In this document: positions 25,569-33,841 of the stretch, in pieces
Layout: every line of letters begins with the position of its first letter
Numbering within the stretch: position 1 is the stretch's first letter
Translations under genes and position numbers: made by a program
The notes under the pieces: generated by a model
Told to the model about the DNA's origin: nothing
The model's database searches: none
The model's input: only the letters and a program-made list of their open reading frames with translations
Virus record (IMG/VR): IMGVR_UViG_3300043179_000079
Coordinates: 1,138-65,137 of that record
Strand: one strand, 5' to 3'
From: a virus
Length of the DNA: 64,000 nucleotides

Positions 25569-26190
25569 AGTAAAATCTCCGATCGCAAGACACACGACCA
25601 CGCTGCACAGAGCGCCGAATTGCGGCCCGATCTACCCCGTAATGCCGGGCAGCAGCTCCCACGGAGTTGAACCGATTGCCCAGGTCGTCACAGACCGCCT
25701 TACCGGGGCGAGAGGCCTCCATGGCCAGACGATGAGCCTGGCTGAGCGGCCTACCGAGCTTGGCTTGCCGAATCTTCTCCTTTGACTCCGGCGACCATAC
25801 CCGATCTCGCGACCACGGAGCCGGGCGTCCAAGAAGCTGCAATGACCTCGCCGCTCGCTGCTCTGGCGTGTACCTGTAACCGGAGGTGCCCCCACCCCCC
25901 TCTGTGGCGTTCGTCAAGCGTCCGCTTCGACCGAGACTCTTGATCCAGGACACCTCCGCCTTGTCCAGCGCCTCACGGCCACCCAAAATCGTCTCAAGGA
26001 CGACCCACCGTGGACGAAGACCCTTGCGTTGTAGACACTGAAGCCATCGGTCACGGTGGGAGTCGTCGTGGATCTTCAAATGCGCCCTTACCCTGGCTTT
26101 GACATCTTGCGTTGTCTGCCCGACATACCTGACCTCGTTGGTCTCAGGATCGATAAGACCGTAAACAAGGCCACAAACTCCGGGCTCCAC
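25552..26190 (-). CDS. GIY-YIG homing endonuclease with NUMOD-like tail
   Basis: VYGLIDP...VRYVGQT...E..WI...LTN.TEGG; WSPESKEKIR; RFNSVGAAARHYG. Confidence 0.9.
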   Translation of the reverse strand: MEPGVCGLVYGLIDPETNEVRYVGQTTQDVKARVRAHLKIHDDSHRDRWLQCLQRKGLRPRWVVLETILGGREALDKAEVSWIKSLGRSGRLTNATEGGGGTSGYRYTPEQRAARSLQLLGRPAPWSRDRVWSPESKEKIRQAKLGRPLSQAHRLAMEASRPGKAVCDDLGNRFNSVGAAARHYGVDRAAIRRSVQRGRVSCDRRFYYETRL

Positions 26191-26196
26191 GGACCC

Positions 26197-26203
26197 AAGA
26201 TTG
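26197..26203 (-). promoter_or_regulatory. candidate late-promoter box CAATCTT
   Basis: 6 nt before GTG 26190. Confidence 0.6.
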
Positions 26204-26265
26204 CCCCCCTTGACGAGGTCGAGGTCGGGAGGCTACCATCTACCCATGACGCACAGGAGCACGAG

Positions 26266-26766
26266 ATGAGCGAGGTGGCCCAGGTGGCGGCGCTGGTGTG
26301 CGCCTTGGCCGGCAAGCCGCCGGAGTGCCGGCTCAAGGGCATCCGCCCGCGGACGGTGGCCGCGCACATCCTCAAGGCGGTCAAGAGGCACCCCTCGGTG
26401 ACCCCCGAGGAGGCGGCGCTCATGCTCCTGCACGAGTCCCGGTTCAACCCCGACGCCAGGGGGGCCGGGGGCGAGCTGGGGATGGCCCAGCTCTACCGAG
26501 GGAAGATCGCGACCCGCGGGTACAACCGCCTCACCGACCGACAGCTCATGAACCCGGAGCTGAACATCCGCCTGGGGGTGCGGCACCTGGCTCTGGTGAA
26601 GGCCGACTGCTCCGGAGCGGGCAAGCCGGTCTCCCGCTGGATCGGGAGGTATTCTGGTGCTCCTTGCGGGAGGACGCGCTACGGCAGGCTGGCGGCCAAG
26701 CAGCTCGGCGATGCGCACAAGATCCTCCGCCGGCACGGGGTCGTGCTCGCCTCGGGTGGGCCGTGA
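26266..26766 (+). CDS. lytic transglycosylase (SLT domain)
   Basis: HESRFNPDA, GELGMAQL, NPELNIRLGVRHL, RYSG; AGGAG SD. Confidence 0.85.
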   Translation: MSEVAQVAALVCALAGKPPECRLKGIRPRTVAAHILKAVKRHPSVTPEEAALMLLHESRFNPDARGAGGELGMAQLYRGKIATRGYNRLTDRQLMNPELNIRLGVRHLALVKADCSGAGKPVSRWIGRYSGAPCGRTRYGRLAAKQLGDAHKILRRHGVVLASGGP

Positions 26767-26951
26767 GGTCCGCTCGGTACGCCGTCTCGGCCCTCGTCGT
26801 GGGGACGTACGCGCTCCTCGTTTCCCCGGCCGTCGGCCCCCGACCGGCCGGCCAGCTAGCAGCCCTGATGGCGGCCCTGGTCGCGCTGGCCTGCGCCCTA
26901 CCCGAGGGTCGAGCGGGCCGCCTCGACCGCCCCGAGGGCGGCCTTCGCTGA
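26763..26951 (+). CDS. small two-TM membrane protein
   Basis: GTGA overlap with SLT gene; two hydrophobic segments. Confidence 0.55.
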   Translation: MRSARYAVSALVVGTYALLVSPAVGPRPAGQLAALMAALVALACALPEGRAGRLDRPEGGLR

Positions 26952-27689
26952 GCTGGCCAGCCGGGCCGAGGAGGCCGCGCTCCTGGCGCGGAAGGCGGCG
27001 TTGGCGGCCTCTACCACGTCGTTCGAGGCCCCCGCCGACCGGTCGTTGACCGGCTCGGCCAGGCCGTCCTCCCTCTGCAGGAGGGAGGCGAGGGGTAGGC
27101 GGCGGTCTCCGTCCAGCCGGAAGTGGTGGGCCGTGCGGGCCCTGCCGGCCTCGCGCACGTGCAGTCGCTCCCCGGCCAGGCGCCTCGCCTCCGACAGGAG
27201 GTGGCTGAGGTCCCACTCCTCGATCCCGTGGTCGCTCCCCACCAGCGCGCCGAAGGCGGCCACGGGCTCGGCCTTGGCCAGGCCGCCGACCCCGCGGTCC
27301 CGCAGGAACTCCAGGGCCACCTCGTCGGCCGAGTGCGGGGCGAAGGCGTAGACGCGGGCCGTCCGGGGCGACCTGGAGGCGGCGGCCACCTCGGGAGGCG
27401 GCTCCCCGTTGGGGTTGTGCCCGAGGGAGCGCATGTAGACCCCGTAGAGCAGGCCGTGCCGGGCGGCGGCGCCTACGTCACCGGCCGCGTGGGCCGCGCG
27501 CATGCCCGCCAGGTGGTGGGCGGCGGCGGCGGAGGACCGGTGGGCCACGTAGTCGGCGTACGCCCGCTCCTCCGCCTCGTGGCGGTCGAGGCCGGCGCCC
27601 AGCTCGTGGACCGCGGACCGGGCCTCCAGCTCGACCTGGTCCTCCGGGCGCACGAGGGCGTGCCGGCCGCGCCACTGGTGCCTAGCCAC
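26898..27689 (-). CDS. putative head-associated two-domain protein
   Basis: GTG start overlapping upstream stop; central GLAKAE motif. Confidence 0.7.
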   Translation of the reverse strand: MARHQWRGRHALVRPEDQVELEARSAVHELGAGLDRHEAEERAYADYVAHRSSAAAAHHLAGMRAAHAAGDVGAAARHGLLYGVYMRSLGHNPNGEPPPEVAAASRSPRTARVYAFAPHSADEVALEFLRDRGVGGLAKAEPVAAFGALVGSDHGIEEWDLSHLLSEARRLAGERLHVREAGRARTAHHFRLDGDRRLPLASLLQREDGLAEPVNDRSAGASNDVVEAANAAFRARSAASSARLASSAKAALGAVEAARSTLG

Positions 27690-28506
27690 GGCGGACCTCC
27701 TCGCAGAAGGTGGCCAGCGCCTCGGCGTCCCAGCCGTCGAACGACACGACGACGGTATCCGGTCCAAAGCCCTTGAAGGACACCGCCTTGGCCACGGCCT
27801 GGAAGCAGGCGCACAGGGCCAGGTCGTCGCCGCTCATCTGGGGGCGCCCGCAGGCGCGGCACGGGGCCTCCAGCTCCGACCTCATGAACTGGGCCTGCCT
27901 GGGGCCCTTGGCGCCCTGGGCCTTGGGGGCCTTCGGGGCGGCCGGGGAGGTTGCCTTGACCCCAGGCTGCTTCTGGGACGGGGTGGGAGGGGTCGGGGCC
28001 TCGGGGGCGCTGGGCTTGTGGGCGGGGCCCGGGGCGGACGCGCCGCCTCCCCCGCCCCCTCGGTTGGCCTTCGCCATGCCGCGGGCCCGGTCCCGGATGT
28101 CCTTGACCGTGGGGACGCGGCGGCGCTCCCAGACGGCCGCCGCCAGGGCGTCGAGCGACTTGCCGAGCCTCAGCAGGGGCTGCCCCACCGCGGGGCGAGA
28201 GCGGCCGGCTGCGTCGCACATGACCAGGAGGGCGGCGGCCAGGCCGGCCTCCCCGGAGCCGGAGGTCTGGACGTCCCCGACCCGTACCGTCCAGCCGCCC
28301 GACTTGACCAGGAGGGCGGCCTCGGGGCGGCCCGGGGCGGGGCCGTCGTACCCTTGTGCGGTCGCCAGGCGGGACCAGGCGAGGGCCGTGCGCGGCGCCA
28401 GGGAGCCCTCCAGGTCCGGGGCCCGCTCGGCGGCCGTCCGGAGGGCGGCGGCGCCGTCCCGGCCCAGCACGTCCTCCATCAGCCTCGCCGTACCCGGATG
28501 CGTCAT
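27682..28506 (-). CDS. putative head-associated protein with C-terminal zinc finger
   Basis: LVKS, LGKS, MAKA, VAKA motifs; CRAC...CAC. Confidence 0.75.
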   Translation of the reverse strand: MTHPGTARLMEDVLGRDGAAALRTAAERAPDLEGSLAPRTALAWSRLATAQGYDGPAPGRPEAALLVKSGGWTVRVGDVQTSGSGEAGLAAALLVMCDAAGRSRPAVGQPLLRLGKSLDALAAAVWERRRVPTVKDIRDRARGMAKANRGGGGGGASAPGPAHKPSAPEAPTPPTPSQKQPGVKATSPAAPKAPKAQGAKGPRQAQFMRSELEAPCRACGRPQMSGDDLALCACFQAVAKAVSFKGFGPDTVVVSFDGWDAEALATFCEEVRRG

Positions 28507-28515
28507 GCTGGTCAG

Positions 28516-28522
28516 AAGATTG
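28516..28522 (-). promoter_or_regulatory. candidate late-promoter box CAATCTT
   Basis: 9 nt before ATG 28506. Confidence 0.6.
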
Positions 28523-28525
28523 CCC

Positions 28526-29344
28526 CTACCGAGGACCGAAGCCGCCGCTCTCCGGCGCCCTCTGCTGGCGCGCGGGGTCGCCGCCGACCGCGTCCGGGTC
28601 CTGCTGGCTGTTCAAGAAAACGTATTCCCTTTGCACGACGCACGCCTGCGGGGCCCGGATCGTCTTCAGGGCCCCGTCCGCCCCCTTGACCCGGATCAGG
28701 CGCAGCTCGTGGAGCATCCGCAGGACGACCCAGTAGGGTCGGTGCAGGTAGCGCACCGAGTAGACTGCGCGGCCGGTGCTGGGCTCTGGCGGGGGCCGCC
28801 TGCCGGTCCACCGGATGCGCCCCCCGGACACCTCGAAGTCGGCCCCCTGGGCGTACCGGGCGCCGGTCCAGTCAACCAGGTCCTGCACCTGGAGGGCCGG
28901 GAAGGACAGGCGATCGACCCCCGCCTCCGAGTGCTTGACCGTCTCCCAGTAGGGGACCATAACCGCCTCGTCCTCCAGGTACATGCGGTCGAAGGCCTGG
29001 AGGAACACGGGCTGGCCGTCGTCGTAAGTCCTGGGCACGGTGAGCTGGGCCGACCCGACGTCCAGCATGCCGACGTCCGAGTCCCGCTTCTGGCGCGGGT
29101 TGCCCACGAACAGGCAGGAGGCGGTCCCGGACCTGGTCAGCAGGTAGCCGCCGCTGCAGCCCTCGTGGTCCTCGTGCGGCCGGCGCGCGTCGTGCTCGTC
29201 CACCAGGCCGACCGGGCAGCGCATCGCCCTCCAGTGGACGAACCTCGCCCCGTGGTCCCCGACCGCCTCGTCGAACGCGTCGGCGTCGAAGTGGACCGAC
29301 CTGGATGGCAGGTCGAGGAAGACCCGCTGTCTCGACTCGGCCAC
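28526..29344 (-). CDS. putative head-closure/neck protein
   Basis: F...F...G....W.A..CP...C.G.G pattern of large-myovirus neck proteins. Confidence 0.7.
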   Translation of the reverse strand: MAESRQRVFLDLPSRSVHFDADAFDEAVGDHGARFVHWRAMRCPVGLVDEHDARRPHEDHEGCSGGYLLTRSGTASCLFVGNPRQKRDSDVGMLDVGSAQLTVPRTYDDGQPVFLQAFDRMYLEDEAVMVPYWETVKHSEAGVDRLSFPALQVQDLVDWTGARYAQGADFEVSGGRIRWTGRRPPPEPSTGRAVYSVRYLHRPYWVVLRMLHELRLIRVKGADGALKTIRAPQACVVQREYVFLNSQQDPDAVGGDPARQQRAPESGGFGPR

Positions 29345-29353
29345 GCCCGGCCC

Positions 29354-29665
29354 CTACCCCGAGAAGCCGCCGGCCCGCCGCAGGAGCGAGGTCAGTTGCT
29401 CGTACCGGGAGACCACCCGCCCGTTCGGGTCGAAGGCGGCGTCCTCGTTCTTGGCCAGCTCGTGGAGCTGGAGGGACGGCTCCTTCTTCCGGGCGATGTG
29501 GCGGCTCACGGCGCGGTGCGGGCCGGAGCCGAGGGGCTCTACCCGGCCGTTGCGCAGCACGACCACCATGCTGAGCCCGCCCGTGGTCTCTATCTCGAAC
29601 ACGGGAGCCCCGCCGAGGTGCCCGATCATCCTCTTCGACGCTATCTGCTCAGCGCTCAGGTCCAT
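29354..29665 (-). CDS. hypothetical late protein
   Basis: T.GGL...LG.G.HRA..RHIA; LAKNE motif. Confidence 0.75.
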   Translation of the reverse strand: MDLSAEQIASKRMIGHLGGAPVFEIETTGGLSMVVVLRNGRVEPLGSGPHRAVSRHIARKKEPSLQLHELAKNEDAAFDPNGRVVSRYEQLTSLLRRAGGFSG

Positions 29666-29672
29666 CGCCCCA

Positions 29673-29679
29673 AAGATTG
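29673..29679 (-). promoter_or_regulatory. candidate late-promoter box CAATCTT
   Basis: 7 nt before ATG 29665. Confidence 0.6.
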
Positions 29680-29684
29680 CATCC

Positions 29685-29712
29685 TTGACACCCCGGGCGT
29701 AGGCGGTATGAT
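29685..29712 (+). promoter_or_regulatory. sigma70-type early promoter
   Basis: TTGACA-N16-TATGAT. Confidence 0.7.
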
Positions 29713-29739
29713 GTCATCGAAAGCAAGGAGGCGAGAAGG

Positions 29740-29943
29740 ATGCCGAAGTTGACGCGAGAGGTAAACGAGAGCAGGGAGTCCAGCGTGTTCCGCCTGCTGG
29801 AGGGGAGGCCCGAGGCCTCCCTGGCGGACCTCAACGACGCCCTCAAGGCCGAGTACGGCCACCGGATGAACACCACGCGCCTGTCCGCCCTCCGGGAGAG
29901 GTTCCGCGCCCGGATCCAGCCCGGCCCGAGGACCCGCCCGTGA
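29740..29943 (+). CDS. small helical, possibly DNA-binding protein
   Basis: AAGGAGG SD; 67 aa. Confidence 0.7.
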   Translation: MPKLTREVNESRESSVFRLLEGRPEASLADLNDALKAEYGHRMNTTRLSALRERFRARIQPGPRTRP

Positions 29944-30779
29944 GGCTCCCCCTTATCCTGCTGTGCGGGAGGGCGGGGTCCGGGAAAGACACGGTCTCCG
30001 GCATCATGGCGTCGGAGTACCGGGCCGCCTCGGTGGCCCAGGCCGACCCCATGAAGAGGTTCTGCCACGACGTCTTCCAGTTCACCGAGGACCAGCTATG
30101 GGGCCCGAGCGAGCTGCGGGACACGCCGGACGACCGCTACGTCCCGGACGGCAACCCCACGCTGTCGCGCCGCATGCACGAGGACGCCCGCTTCAACTTC
30201 GAGGGATGCCACCGGCACTGGCTGGAGGCGATCGGCATCAAGGAGACCCCCGAGGCGGTCCACCAACTGCGGGCGGGGTGGTTCAACGGGTGCATGGACC
30301 TGGCGGGCCGGGGGCTCCTGTCCCCGCGCCTCGCCCTCCAGACCCTGGGCACCGAGTTCGGACGCAGGCAGGACCGGCAGGTGTGGGTCCGCGGCGCCCA
30401 GGAGGCCGCCCTGCTGCTGATCAGGGGCGGGTACAGGTACCACCGGCTCCGCGGGGTCGTGGCCTCCGACGGGCCGTACCCCGACTACGTCACGATCACG
30501 GACGGAAGGTTCCGCAACGAGGTCGTGGGGGTCCTGGAGAGGGGAGGGGAGGCCTGGTCGGTGACCGGACGCGCCCGCGACCTGCCCTCGGGCGGCGGCC
30601 ACCGGTCGGAGAACGAGCTGTCGGACGTGCCCGACCACCTGTACGCCCAGCGCATCGACAACTCCGGCACCTTAGACGACCTGCGCCGGGAGGTGGCCAG
30701 GGCCCTCTCATCCTCCTTCGGCGACCGCCGCCGGACGGAGTTAGACGCCGAGCGCCTCATGCGCCGGGCCGGGGGCTAG
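29940..30779 (+). CDS. deoxynucleoside monophosphate kinase (T4 gp1-like)
   Basis: CGRAGSGKDT, ADPMK, PRLALQTLGTE.GR, ITDGRFRNE, H.SE, IDNSGTLDDL. Confidence 0.9.
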   Translation: MRLPLILLCGRAGSGKDTVSGIMASEYRAASVAQADPMKRFCHDVFQFTEDQLWGPSELRDTPDDRYVPDGNPTLSRRMHEDARFNFEGCHRHWLEAIGIKETPEAVHQLRAGWFNGCMDLAGRGLLSPRLALQTLGTEFGRRQDRQVWVRGAQEAALLLIRGGYRYHRLRGVVASDGPYPDYVTITDGRFRNEVVGVLERGGEAWSVTGRARDLPSGGGHRSENELSDVPDHLYAQRIDNSGTLDDLRREVARALSSSFGDRRRTELDAERLMRRAGG

Positions 30780-30782
30780 CCC

Positions 30783-31028
30783 CTGGCCGAGCAGCAGTAC
30801 GCCCAGTGCACCCTGCGCCGCCCCCTCGGGGAGGGCCGATCCCAGGTCGAGGTCGCCTGGATACCCAGCCGGTTCGCGGTGGCGGGGAGGTGGCTGAAGA
30901 TCCGAACCGAGGAGGGGGAGTGGGTCAACGGGTGGCGCGTCGAGAGCGTCGGGGCGCGGCGGGGGTCGTCCTACCTGGACCTGAAGTCCCGGGACCACCT
31001 GCGCCAGAGGAGGGCCTCGGACGTTTAA
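30783..31028 (+). CDS. conserved phage hypothetical protein, apparent CTG start (not in ORF track)
   Basis: QYAQCTLRR...AWIP.RFA..G..L.I...W.NGW.V..V...RD...QR.ASDV*; same frame as kinase, after its TAG. Confidence 0.7.
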   Translation: MAEQQYAQCTLRRPLGEGRSQVEVAWIPSRFAVAGRWLKIRTEEGEWVNGWRVESVGARRGSSYLDLKSRDHLRQRRASDV

Positions 31029-31342
31029 CGTCCAGGAGTGGGACGTTTACCGCCCGGGAGCAGGATTCTCGGAGCGCGAGGAGCGGGTGCGGCCAACCGG
31101 GCCCTCATTCTGAGGCCCCCCAGGGGGTTGCTTGAGTGCACCGACACCCTGGCCGGGCGCCGCCCCGTCTCGTTCATCCACCTGACCAGGTGATCGCCGG
31201 TCTCCTGGCCGCGGCCCAGGTCGTGGTCCAGGGACGCCTCCTCGACCCGGCCGGTCTGTAGGTGCGCCTTGGCCTCCTCCACCGTCCGGGCGTGGACCCA
31301 GCCCGCGGGGGCCGGTCGGACGTCGTCGAGCCAGAGCTTCAT
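31025..31342 (-). CDS. cyclic-phosphate-processing receiver-like domain protein
   Basis: MKLWLDD.R..P.GW...SLDHDLG...G...VHSSNP.G..RM. Confidence 0.85.
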   Translation of the reverse strand: MKLWLDDVRPAPAGWVHARTVEEAKAHLQTGRVEEASLDHDLGRGQETGDHLVRWMNETGRRPARVSVHSSNPLGGLRMRARLAAPAPRAPRILLPGGKRPTPGR

Positions 31343-31347
31343 CTTCT

Positions 31348-31539
31348 CTAGGAAGATTGACGAACCGACACCGAGTAGTTCTGGGACCGGTTGATGGCCG
31401 CCACGAGGTCCGCGACGCTCTCGGTCGGGTCCCGCAGCACCCACGCCATGTGCTCCTTGACGTACGCCCGCAGCGCGTCGTCCCCGACGAGGGAGACGGA
31501 CCTCCTCGTCCACAGGTTGTCGATGGTGTAGGTGCTCAT
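31348..31539 (-). CDS. stand-alone homolog of the N-terminal domain of the tandem kinase protein
   Basis: Y.I.NL.T.....L..DD.L......W.......S...L......Q shared with start of 31544..33838. Confidence 0.7.
   Translation of the reverse strand: MSTYTIDNLWTRRSVSLVGDDALRAYVKEHMAWVLRDPTESVADLVAAINRSQNYSVSVRQSS
31353..31359 (-). promoter_or_regulatory. candidate late-promoter box CAATCTT
   Basis: 10 nt before ATG 31342. Confidence 0.55.
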
Positions 31540-31543
31540 ACGA

Positions 31544-33838
31544 CTATACTACCCTCGTGCTGGCGTACGGGTCAACGAACTTCTCTTCGGGGTCGGGGAG
31601 GGTGTCCGCCGGCCGGTCCTCCGGCTCGATCGGGGGGTCTACGTGGTCCTTCAGGAAGGAGTCCTCCCTGCCCCAGGAGGCGGCCCTGAGGAGGTGGTCG
31701 TACCTGGCGTTGAAGCCCCGGCGCACGTGCTCCCGCTCCCGCGGGTCCCTTATCATACCCAGCCTCGCCTCGAAGACCCTCTTGACCTCGGGGGCCGCCT
31801 TGGACCACCACGCCATGGTGCGCTTGACGTCTCCCGGGCCTCGCTCCTGGTCTTCCCCGGCCAGGGCGCTGTTCTGGTACTGGTCGTAGAGGCTCGTGTA
31901 CGTCCTCCAGTGTCTGCCTGTGCCGTAGTCGTAGCTCATCGCGTTGTCGATGGCGAGGGGGCGCCCCCTCGCCATCATGAGGTTGCCTGGGTGGCGGTCG
32001 GTGTTCTGGGACAGGAAGTCCATCACCGCGATCCTCCGTAGGTCCTCCCTGGCGGTGGCGGACACCCTGAAGCTCTGCTCGTGGTCGGCCTCCGGGTCCA
32101 GGTGCACGGCCAGCATGGGCACCGGGCCCGCGGATCCCCGGGCGAACACCACCGACACCTTCTGGTGCAGGCGGCCGATGCCGGCGGCGTGGTAGAGGGC
32201 CTGGTTGGTCATCTCGGACCACCCCAGCTTGGGGTGCCTCGTGCCGTACTGCCGGTGGTCCTCGTGGTACGGCTTGAGGAGGAAGGAGTGCTGGGCCCCC
32301 TTCATGACCACCTTAGGGGAGACCCCGGTGACGCCCTCGCTCCGATCCTCCACCGTGTTGTCCGGGTGCGCGAGGGAGGCCCGGAGGTCGTCGAACACGG
32401 CCCGGTGCTGCTTTCGCTCCCACGAGGGCTCGGCGTGGTGGTCGGTGGGAGGGGCCTGGGGGTCGTGCGGGTGCGTCTTCCCGTGCATGGCATCGACCTC
32501 GGGCGCGGGGACGGCCTTGGCCAGACCGACCCCCAGGCCCGTAGCCCACGCCCGGTTCACCGAGAAGTCCGCCAGCTCCGAGGACGCTGCCGCCTGCAGG
32601 GCCGACAGCCGGTCCAGGCTGGGCTGCGGGTCAACCCCGTACCGGGCGAGGGCGAGGGCCAGCCGCGCCCGGTCCACGGACCCCAGCCAGGACCTCAGGG
32701 ACCTCTCCCCGTCCACGGTGGCGCGCGGGAGCCCCGCCAGGCGCTCCCCGGGCGGCAGGCGCGCCCACCCCTCGGGCGCCCACACCCGCAGGTAGTAGGG
32801 GGTGAAGCTGTTGGGGTCGTTCGCCGGGTCGAACCCGCGGCCGGCCAGGGCCGACCCCTGGTCGATGAGCTGGACCGGGCGGTCCTCGGACGAGAGGACG
32901 TTCCGGCTGTGCCGGTCGGTCTGACCCAGGACCCAGTCCGCGGCCGCCAGCATGTGCAGGGTGCCGTCCCCGAGCAGGGGGAGCAGCGCCAGCCGCAGGC
33001 CGGCCTGGTCGTCGCGGAAGCGCCGGTACATGGGGGCGAACCCGGCCGCCTCGGAGAGCCACTCGACGGCGGCGTACTGCCGGCCGTCCACGAGGACCAG
33101 GTCCCCGCGCGGGGCGTAGGCGCCCAGGCCCATCCCGTCCAGAGCGTGCCAGAAGGCGGCCTCGCGCTGGCTCTGGGTGGCGGTCTCGTCACGCGCGCCG
33201 GCCGCCGGGGACTGGCGACCCGAGCCGGGCTTGAGCAGGAGGGCGCGGCCGGTCTCGGGGTCATCCGCCAGGACGGCGCCCGCGGCATGCTTGCCCCCCC
33301 TGAGGGAGACGGGGTGGGTGCGCCCCGCCTTGACGGCCCTGGCGATTGCCCCGGCCGCCTCGCGGGCCTCGGGCGCTCCGGGCGCCACCTGCGCCGACTC
33401 CTTGAGGCCCTCGGCCGAGTCGTCCACCACGGCCTCGCTCTTCCGGACGCCCTCGACCGCGGCCAGGCCGCGCAGGGCCAGCCGGTTCTCCTCGGTCGGC
33501 TCCAGCCCGGCGGCGGACAGGGCCGCCGCCTCGTCGTCGCCCTCGTGCAGGACGGCGTGCGGCCGGTGGCTCGGGTCGTCGTGCAGGCCGCCCTCCCGGA
33601 GGAGGCGCGCCGCCTCCATCAGGGAGTCCACCCCGAGGGACCCCCTCGGGAACTCGGGCTCCTCCTCGTGCCACGCGTCGAACATCTGGTGGTGGGCCAG
33701 GCGCTCCAGCAGGCTCTGCGCCGACGGCGGCGACGGGATGAACGCCCACGGGGCGCGGTCCTGCGCCCAGCGGAACAGGTCATCGTCGGTGGCCAGCTCG
33801 TGGCCCTCCCCGGTGTACAGGTTGGTGATGCGGTACAT
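31544..33838 (-). CDS. tandem HipA/PI3-4K-like kinase polyprotein
   Basis: Kinase 1: LLKP, REAA, DRHSRN, LIDQG; kinase 2: LLKPY, WSE, DRHPGN, AIDNA; linkers VRKSE and LAKAV. Confidence 0.8.
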   Translation of the reverse strand: MYRITNLYTGEGHELATDDDLFRWAQDRAPWAFIPSPPSAQSLLERLAHHQMFDAWHEEEPEFPRGSLGVDSLMEAARLLREGGLHDDPSHRPHAVLHEGDDEAAALSAAGLEPTEENRLALRGLAAVEGVRKSEAVVDDSAEGLKESAQVAPGAPEAREAAGAIARAVKAGRTHPVSLRGGKHAAGAVLADDPETGRALLLKPGSGRQSPAAGARDETATQSQREAAFWHALDGMGLGAYAPRGDLVLVDGRQYAAVEWLSEAAGFAPMYRRFRDDQAGLRLALLPLLGDGTLHMLAAADWVLGQTDRHSRNVLSSEDRPVQLIDQGSALAGRGFDPANDPNSFTPYYLRVWAPEGWARLPPGERLAGLPRATVDGERSLRSWLGSVDRARLALALARYGVDPQPSLDRLSALQAAASSELADFSVNRAWATGLGVGLAKAVPAPEVDAMHGKTHPHDPQAPPTDHHAEPSWERKQHRAVFDDLRASLAHPDNTVEDRSEGVTGVSPKVVMKGAQHSFLLKPYHEDHRQYGTRHPKLGWSEMTNQALYHAAGIGRLHQKVSVVFARGSAGPVPMLAVHLDPEADHEQSFRVSATAREDLRRIAVMDFLSQNTDRHPGNLMMARGRPLAIDNAMSYDYGTGRHWRTYTSLYDQYQNSALAGEDQERGPGDVKRTMAWWSKAAPEVKRVFEARLGMIRDPREREHVRRGFNARYDHLLRAASWGREDSFLKDHVDPPIEPEDRPADTLPDPEEKFVDPYASTRVV

Positions 33839-33841
33839 AGC

